Below are positions 8,105 to 16,789 of a DNA stretch of 64,000 nucleotides, in pieces. The position numbers and the translations under genes were made by a program. The DNA comes from Acidobacteriota bacterium (lineage in GTDB: Bacteria > Acidobacteriota > UBA6911 > RPQK01 > JAJDTT01), in the NCBI GenBank assembly GCA_965209055.1, contig OZ242374.1, forward strand, positions 5,376,001 through 5,440,000. Direction: 5' to 3'. Under the pieces are notes generated by a model. The model saw nothing but the letters and a program-made list of their open reading frames with translations, had not been told where the DNA came from and searched no databases. Every line of letters starts with the position of its first letter. The stretch's first letter is position 1.

Positions 8105-10189
8105 TCAGAGTTGAATCACCACCAGCGTGTAGGTTTCCAGCCGGGGCAGCGTGCACCGGATCCGATTCCCCTCGGCTCGGAACTCCAGGTCGGAGATCTC
8201 TCCCCCGTCGGGCGACAGGGTGTAGATCTTCCGAACCGTCCCGGTCCCCGATCGGAGGTTGATCTGCAGGTCCCGGACCAGCGGGTTCTCTTTCATTCCG
8301 TAGTTGACCAGATGCAGGAGCAGGCGGTTCTCCCGTTCCTGGCGCAGCAACTCGGTGGTGACGGTCAGCGGGGCCTCCACTTCCAAGAGCGGATCGTTGC
8401 CCCCCGCCCAACGGACGGACTCCACCAATTCCTCCCAGTTGATCGGGAGGTGCCAATATTGGCTTGTCATGGGCTCCGTGGCCGGTTTCTCCACGGCCGG
8501 CTTCACCTCCGGCAGGTAAACCACCCGGCCCTCCCCTTCGCGGCGCCGGACCGGATCGATGGCGAGAATCGCCTCGGGCCGAGGGGGCCAGGGCATGAAT
8601 TCCGGTGCCTGGACCGCGAAGAGATCCGCCAGTCCGAAGTCGAGGCGGCGGCTTCTCCACGGAGTCAGCAGCGAGGTGTGTTCGGTGGCCACCAGTCCCC
8701 CTCCCCGCTTCACGAAGCCGCGAACCTGGTCCATCTGTTCGTCGCTGAGGCACTCCTGGTCCGCCAGGACCAGAACCCGGTAGCGGGAGAGATCGGAGAG
8801 ATGGCGGTCGAAGACGATGTCGAAGGGAACCTTGGCCTGGATCAGGGCCTGTTCGAAGAGATAGGTGCTCTGGTAGGGCCGGTCGTTGTTGAAGGCCATG
8901 GTAGCGTAGGAGTGGAGCACGGCCACGTCGGCGGCGCTCTCCGGCTTTCGGTAGTGGTCGAACCGGTCGCGGTAATAGCGAATATAGCGCCGATGTGCCG
9001 GCGGTGGATCGGGATACTCCTGGATGCCTCCCACCATCCCCAGGCAACCCCGGTTGTAGGCCATGGCTTCGGCCACCATCAGGGGAGTCCGAAAGGTGTA
9101 GCTGAAGATCTTGTTTCCCAGGCCGGTGGCCGTCTTGTAGCTCCGGATCTTGGAGATCAGGACACCTTCGGGACTGATTCCGGCGTCGTTGCCCTCCTCC
9201 GTCCAGACGATGTCCGTATGCTCCAGGAGACGAGGATAGTCCACCCCCTGCTCCCAGACGGTGTTCACGCCCGACATGCCGATGTGCGGATTGTTCTCCA
9301 CCGCGACCTGGGGATTGAGCCCGCGGATGTATTCCTTCATCTCCCGGTAGTACTCGGTCAACTGGTGGCAGCGGAAGTCGGCCCACTCCTGGAAGAGGGG
9401 GTCGGTGATGGTGGAGAGAGGGCCCTCGTGCGCCGGCGGGGTGACGTAGCGGAGATCGTTGAATCCCAGCCGCCGCTTCAAGACGTCCGGCGTGAATTTG
9501 CGTTCCAGGAACTCCCGGAAGTCCCGGATGGCCAGGGGATGGAAGAACATGGGCCTTCGAGCCTGCGTGCTGGTGTTGTCGAAGTGGATCAGGTCCGCCT
9601 GGAAGTCCTCCACCGCCATGCGGACCACCTTCCGGATGTACTCCTTGTAGCCGGGATGGGCGAAATAGACCCGCTTGCGAAACGTCTGGGTCTTTCCGTA
9701 GTGGACCGGTTGCCCCAGGTATTCGGGCACGAACCAGGCTTCGGCCCCCGGTTTCTCCAGCAGGAAGGTCTCATAGGCCACGGTGCTCCCGACGTAGACG
9801 CCCACGCGGATGCCGTGCTTGCGGCACAGTTCGGCCAACTTGCGGGCGTCGGCCAGATGCTCCGCCTCGGCCTCGAGCCCGAAGCCCTTGTAGAAGTGGA
9901 GCACGGCCATGGTGACGCCCAGTTCCTTCAACTGGAGGACCCTCTCCTCGGTGTGGGCCTGCTCGTACGCCTCGTCGTGCCACTCCCTCAGGCTGCCCAT
10001 CCGCCGCCGAAAGAGCGGCATGTCGTCCCATCCCCCCACGATTATGATGGGCTCCTCGTCCAGCCATTCCGGTCTTTCCGAACTCGCCGTCACCGGAGGA
10101 CTCCCACCCGGTTCGGCTTCCGGCCCGCAAGAGCCGGCAGGCAAGAGAACCAGAACCGCCACGAGACCCCACATCGCACCATCTTCCAT
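8105..10189 (-). CDS. Putative lipoprotein glycoside hydrolase (TIM barrel plus GH42-type trimerisation domain)
   Basis: Lipobox-like LPAGSC; DLIHFDN; LSRYRVLVLADQECLSDEQ...FVKRGGGLVAT. Confidence 0.7.
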   Translation of the reverse strand: MEDGAMWGLVAVLVLLPAGSCGPEAEPGGSPPVTASSERPEWLDEEPIIIVGGWDDMPLFRRRMGSLREWHDEAYEQAHTEERVLQLKELGVTMAVLHFYKGFGLEAEAEHLADARKLAELCRKHGIRVGVYVGSTVAYETFLLEKPGAEAWFVPEYLGQPVHYGKTQTFRKRVYFAHPGYKEYIRKVVRMAVEDFQADLIHFDNTSTQARRPMFFHPLAIRDFREFLERKFTPDVLKRRLGFNDLRYVTPPAHEGPLSTITDPLFQEWADFRCHQLTEYYREMKEYIRGLNPQVAVENNPHIGMSGVNTVWEQGVDYPRLLEHTDIVWTEEGNDAGISPEGVLISKIRSYKTATGLGNKIFSYTFRTPLMVAEAMAYNRGCLGMVGGIQEYPDPPPAHRRYIRYYRDRFDHYRKPESAADVAVLHSYATMAFNNDRPYQSTYLFEQALIQAKVPFDIVFDRHLSDLSRYRVLVLADQECLSDEQMDQVRGFVKRGGGLVATEHTSLLTPWRSRRLDFGLADLFAVQAPEFMPWPPRPEAILAIDPVRRREGEGRVVYLPEVKPAVEKPATEPMTSQYWHLPINWEELVESVRWAGGNDPLLEVEAPLTVTTELLRQERENRLLLHLVNYGMKENPLVRDLQINLRSGTGTVRKIYTLSPDGGEISDLEFRAEGNRIRCTLPRLETYTLVVIQL

Positions 10190-10269
10190 CTGAGTCTTTC
10201 CGGTCTGGGGCGAGGTTCGTTTCGAACCAAGGCGATGAATGACCGAGTCCTTTCCCCCAATAGCCTGGA

Positions 10270-11154
10270 TCAGCTCCAACGGCCGGGGGAAATACCCGCG
10301 GCATGCCTCGCCATATTGTCCGGGCGGTTCGGCAGATCGAAATCGATGTTCCGCGTGTTGAGGCTCCTGAAATATTTTTGGACGGCCGGAGGGAGACCAG
10401 CCACCTGCTCCGAGTCGCGGTCGGGAACGTCTTCTATGGGACCCGCCCAGGTGGGCCGGTAGGCGATGGCCAACATGCGGCGGGTCCGGTCGCTGTAGTT
10501 GGGAAAGTTGGCATGGAACACTTTCTGGTTGATGATCGCCGCCGAGCCGGCTCGGCAGGTCACCATCAACTCATCGTCGTGGGCAAGATAGCGGTTGTAG
10601 GGGTTGGCATCGCGGTGGAGCGAAAGGTGAGAGCGCGGGATCACCTTGAACGGGGAGCATTCCGGAGTGAGATCGTCCAGGTAATAGAGAACGCGAACCA
10701 GACAGGGCGAGCTGGCCTGGACACCGAATATCTTGGAGCCGTAGGGCTGCGAATCGGTGTGAATGGCGATTCCCGGGTGGCCCGGCCTGGATTCGGTGTA
10801 GGTGCAGGAGGTGCAGATCAACTCGTCGCCCAAGAGTTCCTCCAAGAACTCTACCGTGGCCGGAAAGGCGATCACCGACGTCGCTCGAGGCGAGTCGGTC
10901 CACTGCAAATTGGGACAGCTTCGCTGATGATCGCTGTAATCGGTCGGCCTGGTCGTGAGTCTGGAGGTCTCCCGGCGGATTTCCTCCATCAGTTCCTCGC
11001 TCAGCAGATCCGGAATGACGACGAAACCCTCCAACTCGATGGAACGAATCTGTTGGGCGCGGGTCAGACCGTACCAATGGCTTTCCGGCACCCGGTTCGC
11101 ACGCTTCAGACTTTCTCGACTGTTGGTGAAAGATGCGTCCATTTCCCTATCCAT
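10270..11154 (-). CDS. Phytanoyl-CoA dioxygenase family Fe(II)/2OG oxygenase
   Basis: EGFVVIPDLLS, IHTD, YLDD, VIPRSH, distal FHA and NYSDRTRR. Confidence 0.85.
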   Translation of the reverse strand: MDREMDASFTNSRESLKRANRVPESHWYGLTRAQQIRSIELEGFVVIPDLLSEELMEEIRRETSRLTTRPTDYSDHQRSCPNLQWTDSPRATSVIAFPATVEFLEELLGDELICTSCTYTESRPGHPGIAIHTDSQPYGSKIFGVQASSPCLVRVLYYLDDLTPECSPFKVIPRSHLSLHRDANPYNRYLAHDDELMVTCRAGSAAIINQKVFHANFPNYSDRTRRMLAIAYRPTWAGPIEDVPDRDSEQVAGLPPAVQKYFRSLNTRNIDFDLPNRPDNMARHAAGISPGRWS

Positions 11155-11217
11155 CCTCCCTTCGTTCTTCCCAGGAGCCTGACAACAGTTTCCTGTCTGT
11201 CACGTAGAGACTCGAGT

Positions 11218-12114
11218 TCAGAGTGGTGCTTCTGGGAGACCAATCGATTCGGGGGAGACGACAGTCAGATCTTCTCCAAAAATAACCGTGCCCCGAAAGA
11301 TTTCACGAACTTCCGAGATGACCTGTTCTCGCACTCCCGGCCTGTCGATCTGTCCCGTGATATGAGTCAGAACGACCGTTTTGACACCGGCGTCCCGGGC
11401 CAGTGTGCCGATCATTCCAGGGCTCCCACAACCCCTCGCCATGGCCTCGTTGAACTCCGTGCCCGTGAGGTAGTGGCACATGTGAATGAGAACGTCAGCA
11501 CCTTCCGAAAAAGAGACCATGCGATCGGTCGGACCTGAGTCTCCACTGTAAACCAGAGCGTACTCCTCCGTTTCCAAGCGATAGGCCAGGCACCGCAGAT
11601 ACGGCTGAGCATGGGGCACCTCGATGGACCGAACCGTCCAATTGTCTCCCCGAAACTCGACCCCATGCTCCGCCTCGGTAATGACGGGCCGCGGCCGTTC
11701 TCTCGTCCCCGTGCCGCCGCGGGCATGGTAGAGCGCTACGCTGGCTTCGTTCCTGGTCCGGGCCTGCAAATCGGAATCGAATACCCCGTCTCTATCAAAC
11801 AAGGATTCCACAATTCGTTGAATCGGCCGAGGACCATAGATCTTCAACTCGGGAATCTTCCCCGCCCCCTGATCCCAGCGCTGAAGAACATAGTGGGGAA
11901 GATCAGTGCAGTGATCGTAGTGCCAGTGGGTCACAAAGAGTTGTGTGACCTCGGTCGGCTGTTTCCCCGTCTCGAGAAAACGCCGGTAGGAACCGGGCCC
12001 GCAGTCGAACACAAAAACTTCTGACGGCGTTTCCACCAGGTAGCCGGAACCGGCACGCTTGACCGAGGGTGTCGGCGACCCGGTACCCAGTATAGTGATC
12101 CTCATGCGGACCAT
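11218..12114 (-). CDS. MBL-fold metallohydrolase (RNase Z/AtsA-like)
   Basis: LGTGSP, DCGPG, THWHYDH, YSGDS, VLTH. Confidence 0.88.
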   Translation of the reverse strand: MVRMRITILGTGSPTPSVKRAGSGYLVETPSEVFVFDCGPGSYRRFLETGKQPTEVTQLFVTHWHYDHCTDLPHYVLQRWDQGAGKIPELKIYGPRPIQRIVESLFDRDGVFDSDLQARTRNEASVALYHARGGTGTRERPRPVITEAEHGVEFRGDNWTVRSIEVPHAQPYLRCLAYRLETEEYALVYSGDSGPTDRMVSFSEGADVLIHMCHYLTGTEFNEAMARGCGSPGMIGTLARDAGVKTVVLTHITGQIDRPGVREQVISEVREIFRGTVIFGEDLTVVSPESIGLPEAPL

Positions 12115-12407
12115 CCCCCGTTGCTACGGACCAAGACCGGCCCTGACTATTGGTTGCTTCCCGATTTTTCCCTGGAAGGTCAGCTCCTTCATGTCGCAAT
12201 GAAAACGCGGGTCTCAAGTAACGGGAAATGCGGAACCCACAACCACACTGCCGTTTTCTTCCTCCCGATTTTCTTATAAATTATCAAAGAAAATAACTTC
12301 TGGCCGAAGTTTTCTGGGGTGAGTCGGTGCGGGTTCCCTCCAGAATTCTCGAACCGGACAGAAGGCATGCGGGTTCGGTGACAGGAGTTTCCTCGAAGAG
12401 ATCTGCA

Positions 12408-13568
12408 ATGTTGTTTTCTCCCGAAGAATATCAACAACGTCAGAACAGGATTCGAGCAGAATTGCAGACTGCCCGTCTGGACGCCCTTCTGGTCAGCGGG
12501 GACGACAACATCACCTACTTTGCCGGCATCCGTTCCCTCCTGCCCCGTTTGATCCAGACCCGCCCTCTCTTCGTTCTGATCCCCGTCAGCCAAGATCCGG
12601 TCGTACTGATCCATAATTCTCGAGTCGTCGACACCCGGGCCAATTCGCCCATCTCAGAGGTGAGAACGTATACGACTTCCGACGAAGTTCCTTATGGTTG
12701 TGCACCATTTGCCGAATTGGCGGATCTCCTTCGAGAACGCGGTCTGGAGCGTGGCAGAATCGGTGCAGAGCTGGGGCATGACACCAGAATGGGGATGCCC
12801 GTTGGAGACTTCGAGCGGCTGCGCGCGAGACTTCCGGAGGCGCAGTTTCGGGATGCCTCGGATCCAATCTGGAAGGTGCGCATGCGAAAGTCACCTGCCG
12901 AATTGGAGTTATTGAAGCAGTCCGCTGAGATCACGGGAGAGGCACGGCAGCGGACATTCGCCCAGTTAAAGCCCGGCATGACGGATGGGCAGGTCCTGAA
13001 TCGCTTCTTCCGGGAAATCCTCGAAGTGGGGGGTGACCGCCCGTCGTTCGGGTTTGTGGCGGCGGGTCCGCTGCAACCGGAAATTCCACTATTTGGAGTG
13101 CCCACGGGCCGGCCGCTCGAAATGGGGGACCTCATCTGTCTGGACGGAGGGTGCTGGGTGCAGGATTATAGTTGCGATTACGATCGCCTGGCCGTTCTAG
13201 GCCGTCCGAGTCACCGGCAGCAGGACCTGTACCAAAGGCTGCGTGATTTGAACGACAAAATGGTGGAATTATTTCGTCCCGGCGTGAGCACGGCCGAAGT
13301 CTATGAGGTTTATGTCGCCGAGTGTCGCCGACACAAACTTCCGAATCCAGGAGTCATCGTGGGGCATGGAATGGGCATGCTTTTGGGTGAGCCTCCCAGG
13401 GTCGCCCCCTGGGATGAAACGGTCTTGGAACCGGGAATCGTCTGTAGCAGCGAGCCCTATTTCCTGCCGGAGGATGGTCCTCTGGTTTGGGAGGACCTTT
13501 TGGTCATCACCGAATCCGGTCACGAACTCCTGACGACGGAGAGTCCGGATCTTTTCGTGGTTGATTAG
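12408..13568 (+). CDS. M24 family Xaa-Pro peptidase / creatinase-like hydrolase
   Basis: Creatinase N-domain, RMRKSPAE, LDGG...YSCD, GHGMG, SEP, WED; start placed at ATG 12408. Confidence 0.85.
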   Translation: MLFSPEEYQQRQNRIRAELQTARLDALLVSGDDNITYFAGIRSLLPRLIQTRPLFVLIPVSQDPVVLIHNSRVVDTRANSPISEVRTYTTSDEVPYGCAPFAELADLLRERGLERGRIGAELGHDTRMGMPVGDFERLRARLPEAQFRDASDPIWKVRMRKSPAELELLKQSAEITGEARQRTFAQLKPGMTDGQVLNRFFREILEVGGDRPSFGFVAAGPLQPEIPLFGVPTGRPLEMGDLICLDGGCWVQDYSCDYDRLAVLGRPSHRQQDLYQRLRDLNDKMVELFRPGVSTAEVYEVYVAECRRHKLPNPGVIVGHGMGMLLGEPPRVAPWDETVLEPGIVCSSEPYFLPEDGPLVWEDLLVITESGHELLTTESPDLFVVD

Positions 13569-13634
13569 CCCCTTGCCGGAGGTGAGGAGATTGAAACCTG
13601 TTTCGAAATTCCCAAGGGTGGGATTGAGGACAAA

Positions 13635-14480
13635 GTGAACCGAAGAGGGTTTTTGACTGGCTGCCTCGGCGGTCTTGCATCCGGATGGGTCAGCCGTCGA
13701 ATTGCTGCCGAGCCAAGCCCCCGGCCCATAGTCGTCGATGCCCATGTCCACGCCGGCTACATGGGCATGTGGGGCCAGCGCGAGATCTCTTTCGAAGAGA
13801 CCCTGACAGCGGCTGATGCAGCGGGGATCGACAAATTGTGCGTCTCGTCCACATTGTCGTTGACATTGGACATGAAGGAAGGCAACCAAGCTGTCTACGA
13901 GTTAATGCAACGTTACCCGGACAGGGTGATCGGGTTCGCCGCCCTTCCCAGTCCATACTTTGGGCAGCAGGGACTCGACGAGATCAGACGCGCCGTCGAG
14001 TACTACGGAATGAAAGGGATTGGAGAACTTGTAACCAGACCAACTTACCCAGCGGATCTGCCCGGCTGGACGGCGCTGTTGGAAACGGCGGCGGATCTGC
14101 ATGTCCCCGTTCTTTTGCATGCTGTCGCCGGCCCTTGTGCCCGCGTTGCCGAAGCCGTGCCAGAGGCAACCATCCTGCTTGCCCATATGGGCGCCGGCAA
14201 CGGAATCGCTCCCAACGAGTGGTCGGATGCCATCGAAATGGCCAAGCTCCACCCCAACGTCTACCTTGAAACGGCCCAGTCGGACACCTCATATGGCCAG
14301 ATGGAACTGGCGGTCCAGGAATTGGGTCCGGAACGGATCGTCTTTGGGACCGATTCGCCATTGCTCGACCCGGCCGTACAGAAAGCGAAAATAACGGGTT
14401 CGGACATCAACTCCAAGGCGAAGGATCTCATCCTGGGCCCCAACCTGGCCCGGATTTTGGACATCTCTCCGAGCCTTTGA
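13635..14480 (+). CDS. Amidohydrolase_2 family protein with Tat signal
   Basis: NRRGFL; DAHVH, GIGE, LLH, LAHMG, FGTDSP. Confidence 0.85.
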   Translation: MNRRGFLTGCLGGLASGWVSRRIAAEPSPRPIVVDAHVHAGYMGMWGQREISFEETLTAADAAGIDKLCVSSTLSLTLDMKEGNQAVYELMQRYPDRVIGFAALPSPYFGQQGLDEIRRAVEYYGMKGIGELVTRPTYPADLPGWTALLETAADLHVPVLLHAVAGPCARVAEAVPEATILLAHMGAGNGIAPNEWSDAIEMAKLHPNVYLETAQSDTSYGQMELAVQELGPERIVFGTDSPLLDPAVQKAKITGSDINSKAKDLILGPNLARILDISPSL

Positions 14481-15247
14481 AAAGAGTCCCCATGCTGTTC
14501 GACTTAAACGGCTTCCTCGGTCCGTGGCCCTTTTGGCAGGTTCGTCATCAGACTCCCAAATCCGTGCTGACCCTCATGGACCGGCACGGGATCGATGTCC
14601 TGGCCGTGTGCGCCACGCGTTCGATTCTCTCGGACTGGAAACTGGGAAACGAAGAAACCATCCAGGCCGCCACGCACAACCCGAACCGTTTTGTGGCCTT
14701 CGTGTCGATCAGTCCTATCCTTCCGGCGTCCGAGTTGGTGCGACAGCTGGAAAGCTACAAACGGGCGGGCGTCAAGGGGATCAGGCTCTACCCTCAGCAC
14801 CAGTCCTATTCCCTGACCGGACTCGCCGGATCTTCAGTGATCCTCCAGAAGGCACAGGAGCTTTCGCTCTCTGTGGTGCTGCCGATCCGGGCGATCATGC
14901 AATGGGAATTGCCCGAGCTGGATACGGGAACGATTGAAGCCGTCGTCACGCGCCATCCCCGTCTTACGTTCATTCTTTCCGGGGTGAATTACAGTAAGAC
15001 CCTTTGGGCCTACGACCTCGTGCGGCGCCGGCACAACGTCTCTCTCGAAATCTCCGGAATGCAAGGGTTTCGCGCCCTCGAAGACGCCGTTCATCGTATC
15101 GGCGCCGAGAAGATCTTGTTCGGCAGCGGCTTGCCTCTGCTATACCCGGCCTGCAGTCTTGCCAAGTTGGCATCGGCCAGAATCACCAGGGTCGAAAAAG
15201 AGGCCATCTCCGGAGTCAATGCCCGCAGGCTCCTGAGAATGAATTGA
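14477..15247 (+). CDS. Amidohydrolase_2-like protein with degenerate metal site
   Basis: KGIRLYP and GAEKILFGS; DLNGF in place of DxHxH; start is TTG 14477 or ATG 14492. Confidence 0.8.
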   Translation: MKRVPMLFDLNGFLGPWPFWQVRHQTPKSVLTLMDRHGIDVLAVCATRSILSDWKLGNEETIQAATHNPNRFVAFVSISPILPASELVRQLESYKRAGVKGIRLYPQHQSYSLTGLAGSSVILQKAQELSLSVVLPIRAIMQWELPELDTGTIEAVVTRHPRLTFILSGVNYSKTLWAYDLVRRRHNVSLEISGMQGFRALEDAVHRIGAEKILFGSGLPLLYPACSLAKLASARITRVEKEAISGVNARRLLRMN

Positions 15248-15289
15248 TGATTCGGGGGAGAGGCTCCGTTCGCAGGAGGGAATTCACTT

Positions 15290-15613
15290 GTGAAAGCGAA
15301 GAAGGTCCGGATTACCGTGTTGCGCAAAACCTTCAATCAAGACTTCGTCGATGCCTACACGGATGGCTTTGAGTGGAAGCCACGTGGTTGTTGCCATGAT
15401 TTTGCGGTGGGCCAGGAGTTTTTCTCGGATGGGCACATGCCTGACGGCTTCAGCGACTGGGCGTGGACGGACATTCAGAAATACGTCGTGGTTCTGGCCC
15501 GTGGGGGCAACATGGTCGGTGTAAAACCTGGGGTCTTCGTGACTTGCTGCACGGATGGTTTCAGACCCGTGTTCTTCAAATTAGAGCGGGTTGAGGAGGA
15601 CGAATCGGCTTGA
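15290..15613 (+). CDS. TIGR04076 family small Cys-containing protein
   Basis: KVRITVL, C..F.VGQEF, PDGF..WAW.DI, CCTDGFRPVFFKLER. Confidence 0.85.
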   Translation: MKAKKVRITVLRKTFNQDFVDAYTDGFEWKPRGCCHDFAVGQEFFSDGHMPDGFSDWAWTDIQKYVVVLARGGNMVGVKPGVFVTCCTDGFRPVFFKLERVEEDESA

Positions 15614-15678
15614 CTGGATAGTTACGGATTACGGAATGTCTGGCACCGATACCTGATATCTGAGGGAGGGACGAATCG

Positions 15679-16713
15679 ATGAGTAAAGAATCAACGGCGG
15701 CGGACCACTCCGAGGTCTCCAGGCCAGCGTGCGATTCAGCTGCCCAAAAGGGAGCTTTGTGGCTGAAGGCTCAAATGCGGGAAGACGGCTCGCTACGTCA
15801 CGCTTCAAGCCTGAGTGACTACTACAAAGTCTGCTACGGTCTTGCGGTGACAGGTCACAATGCTGCCACGGAACGAATGCTCGACTACTTCGCCAGCAGA
15901 TTTCTAAAAGAAAATGGCGACCTGGACGGAACCGGCTGCCCATGGTTCGAAGATTTTCGCATTTACGCCCATGGTTGGATCATTGTGGCGGCCATGGCAA
16001 GAGGTCGGTTCGATGTCGCCTATCCAATCCTGAGATTCCTCTCCACTTTCCACGATAGCCGCAGTGGCGGATTCTTTACGACCGCTGAAGGACGAGAACA
16101 AGGAGAGGGCTCTCAAGAGATCATGACGACAGCCATGGCCGGGATTGCGTGCGTATGGGGAGGCCGATTGGACTTGGCGCGGGCAACCGGGAGCTGGATG
16201 AGAAACCTCTACGACGAGCAACCTGACCTGTCGAGACGACTCTGTTTCGTCTGGCACTCTCGTGACGGACTCGTCGCAGACTTTCCGGAAGATCGAGCGA
16301 AAGAGTATTGCGTATCCACGGCGGAGGTGAGTCAACGTTATTACCAGTACGGTATTGCCGCTGCGTTTCTAACCTCCTTGCATACCGCCACCGGTGAGCA
16401 GCAATGGTTGAAACTGGCTCAACAATTCCTGGAGGCGACCCGATATTGCGCCGAGGACGTTTATCGTCAGCCTCAGAGCGGGAAAATTGGGTGGGGGGCG
16501 GCCTGGACGTATCGGTTGACGAGAGATCCCAGGGATCGTGGTATTGCGGAGGCTGTGCAGGAAGGATTACTGGCCCTGCAAAGCGAGACGGGTTGGTGGA
16601 GCGTCCTGAATGCCTACGACTACGAAATGACGAAGAGCCCTGAACCTTCTGCCGATATCACAGGCGAGTTCGTGGCTCATCTGGGAAATATGGAACTGGC
16701 CTTGCAAACGTAG
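15679..16713 (+). CDS. Hypothetical (alpha/alpha)-toroid protein
   Basis: QW-like repeats (WLKAQMREDGS, LLALQSETGWW), DSRSGGF; good RBS. Confidence 0.6.
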   Translation: MSKESTAADHSEVSRPACDSAAQKGALWLKAQMREDGSLRHASSLSDYYKVCYGLAVTGHNAATERMLDYFASRFLKENGDLDGTGCPWFEDFRIYAHGWIIVAAMARGRFDVAYPILRFLSTFHDSRSGGFFTTAEGREQGEGSQEIMTTAMAGIACVWGGRLDLARATGSWMRNLYDEQPDLSRRLCFVWHSRDGLVADFPEDRAKEYCVSTAEVSQRYYQYGIAAAFLTSLHTATGEQQWLKLAQQFLEATRYCAEDVYRQPQSGKIGWGAAWTYRLTRDPRDRGIAEAVQEGLLALQSETGWWSVLNAYDYEMTKSPEPSADITGEFVAHLGNMELALQT

Positions 16714-16789
16714 TCGCGGGCCACACTGCCGGCCACCGAAAATCTTCTCATCTCTACACCCGTGATATTCGTCTGAGCCAAATCTCGGC

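Noticed and set aside
8111-10462. Long antisense ORFs (783 aa here; also 26375-28174, 37760-39409, 6802-7968 off-frame)
   Set aside because: Shadow ORFs of well-supported genes, expected at high GC; no recognisable motifs.
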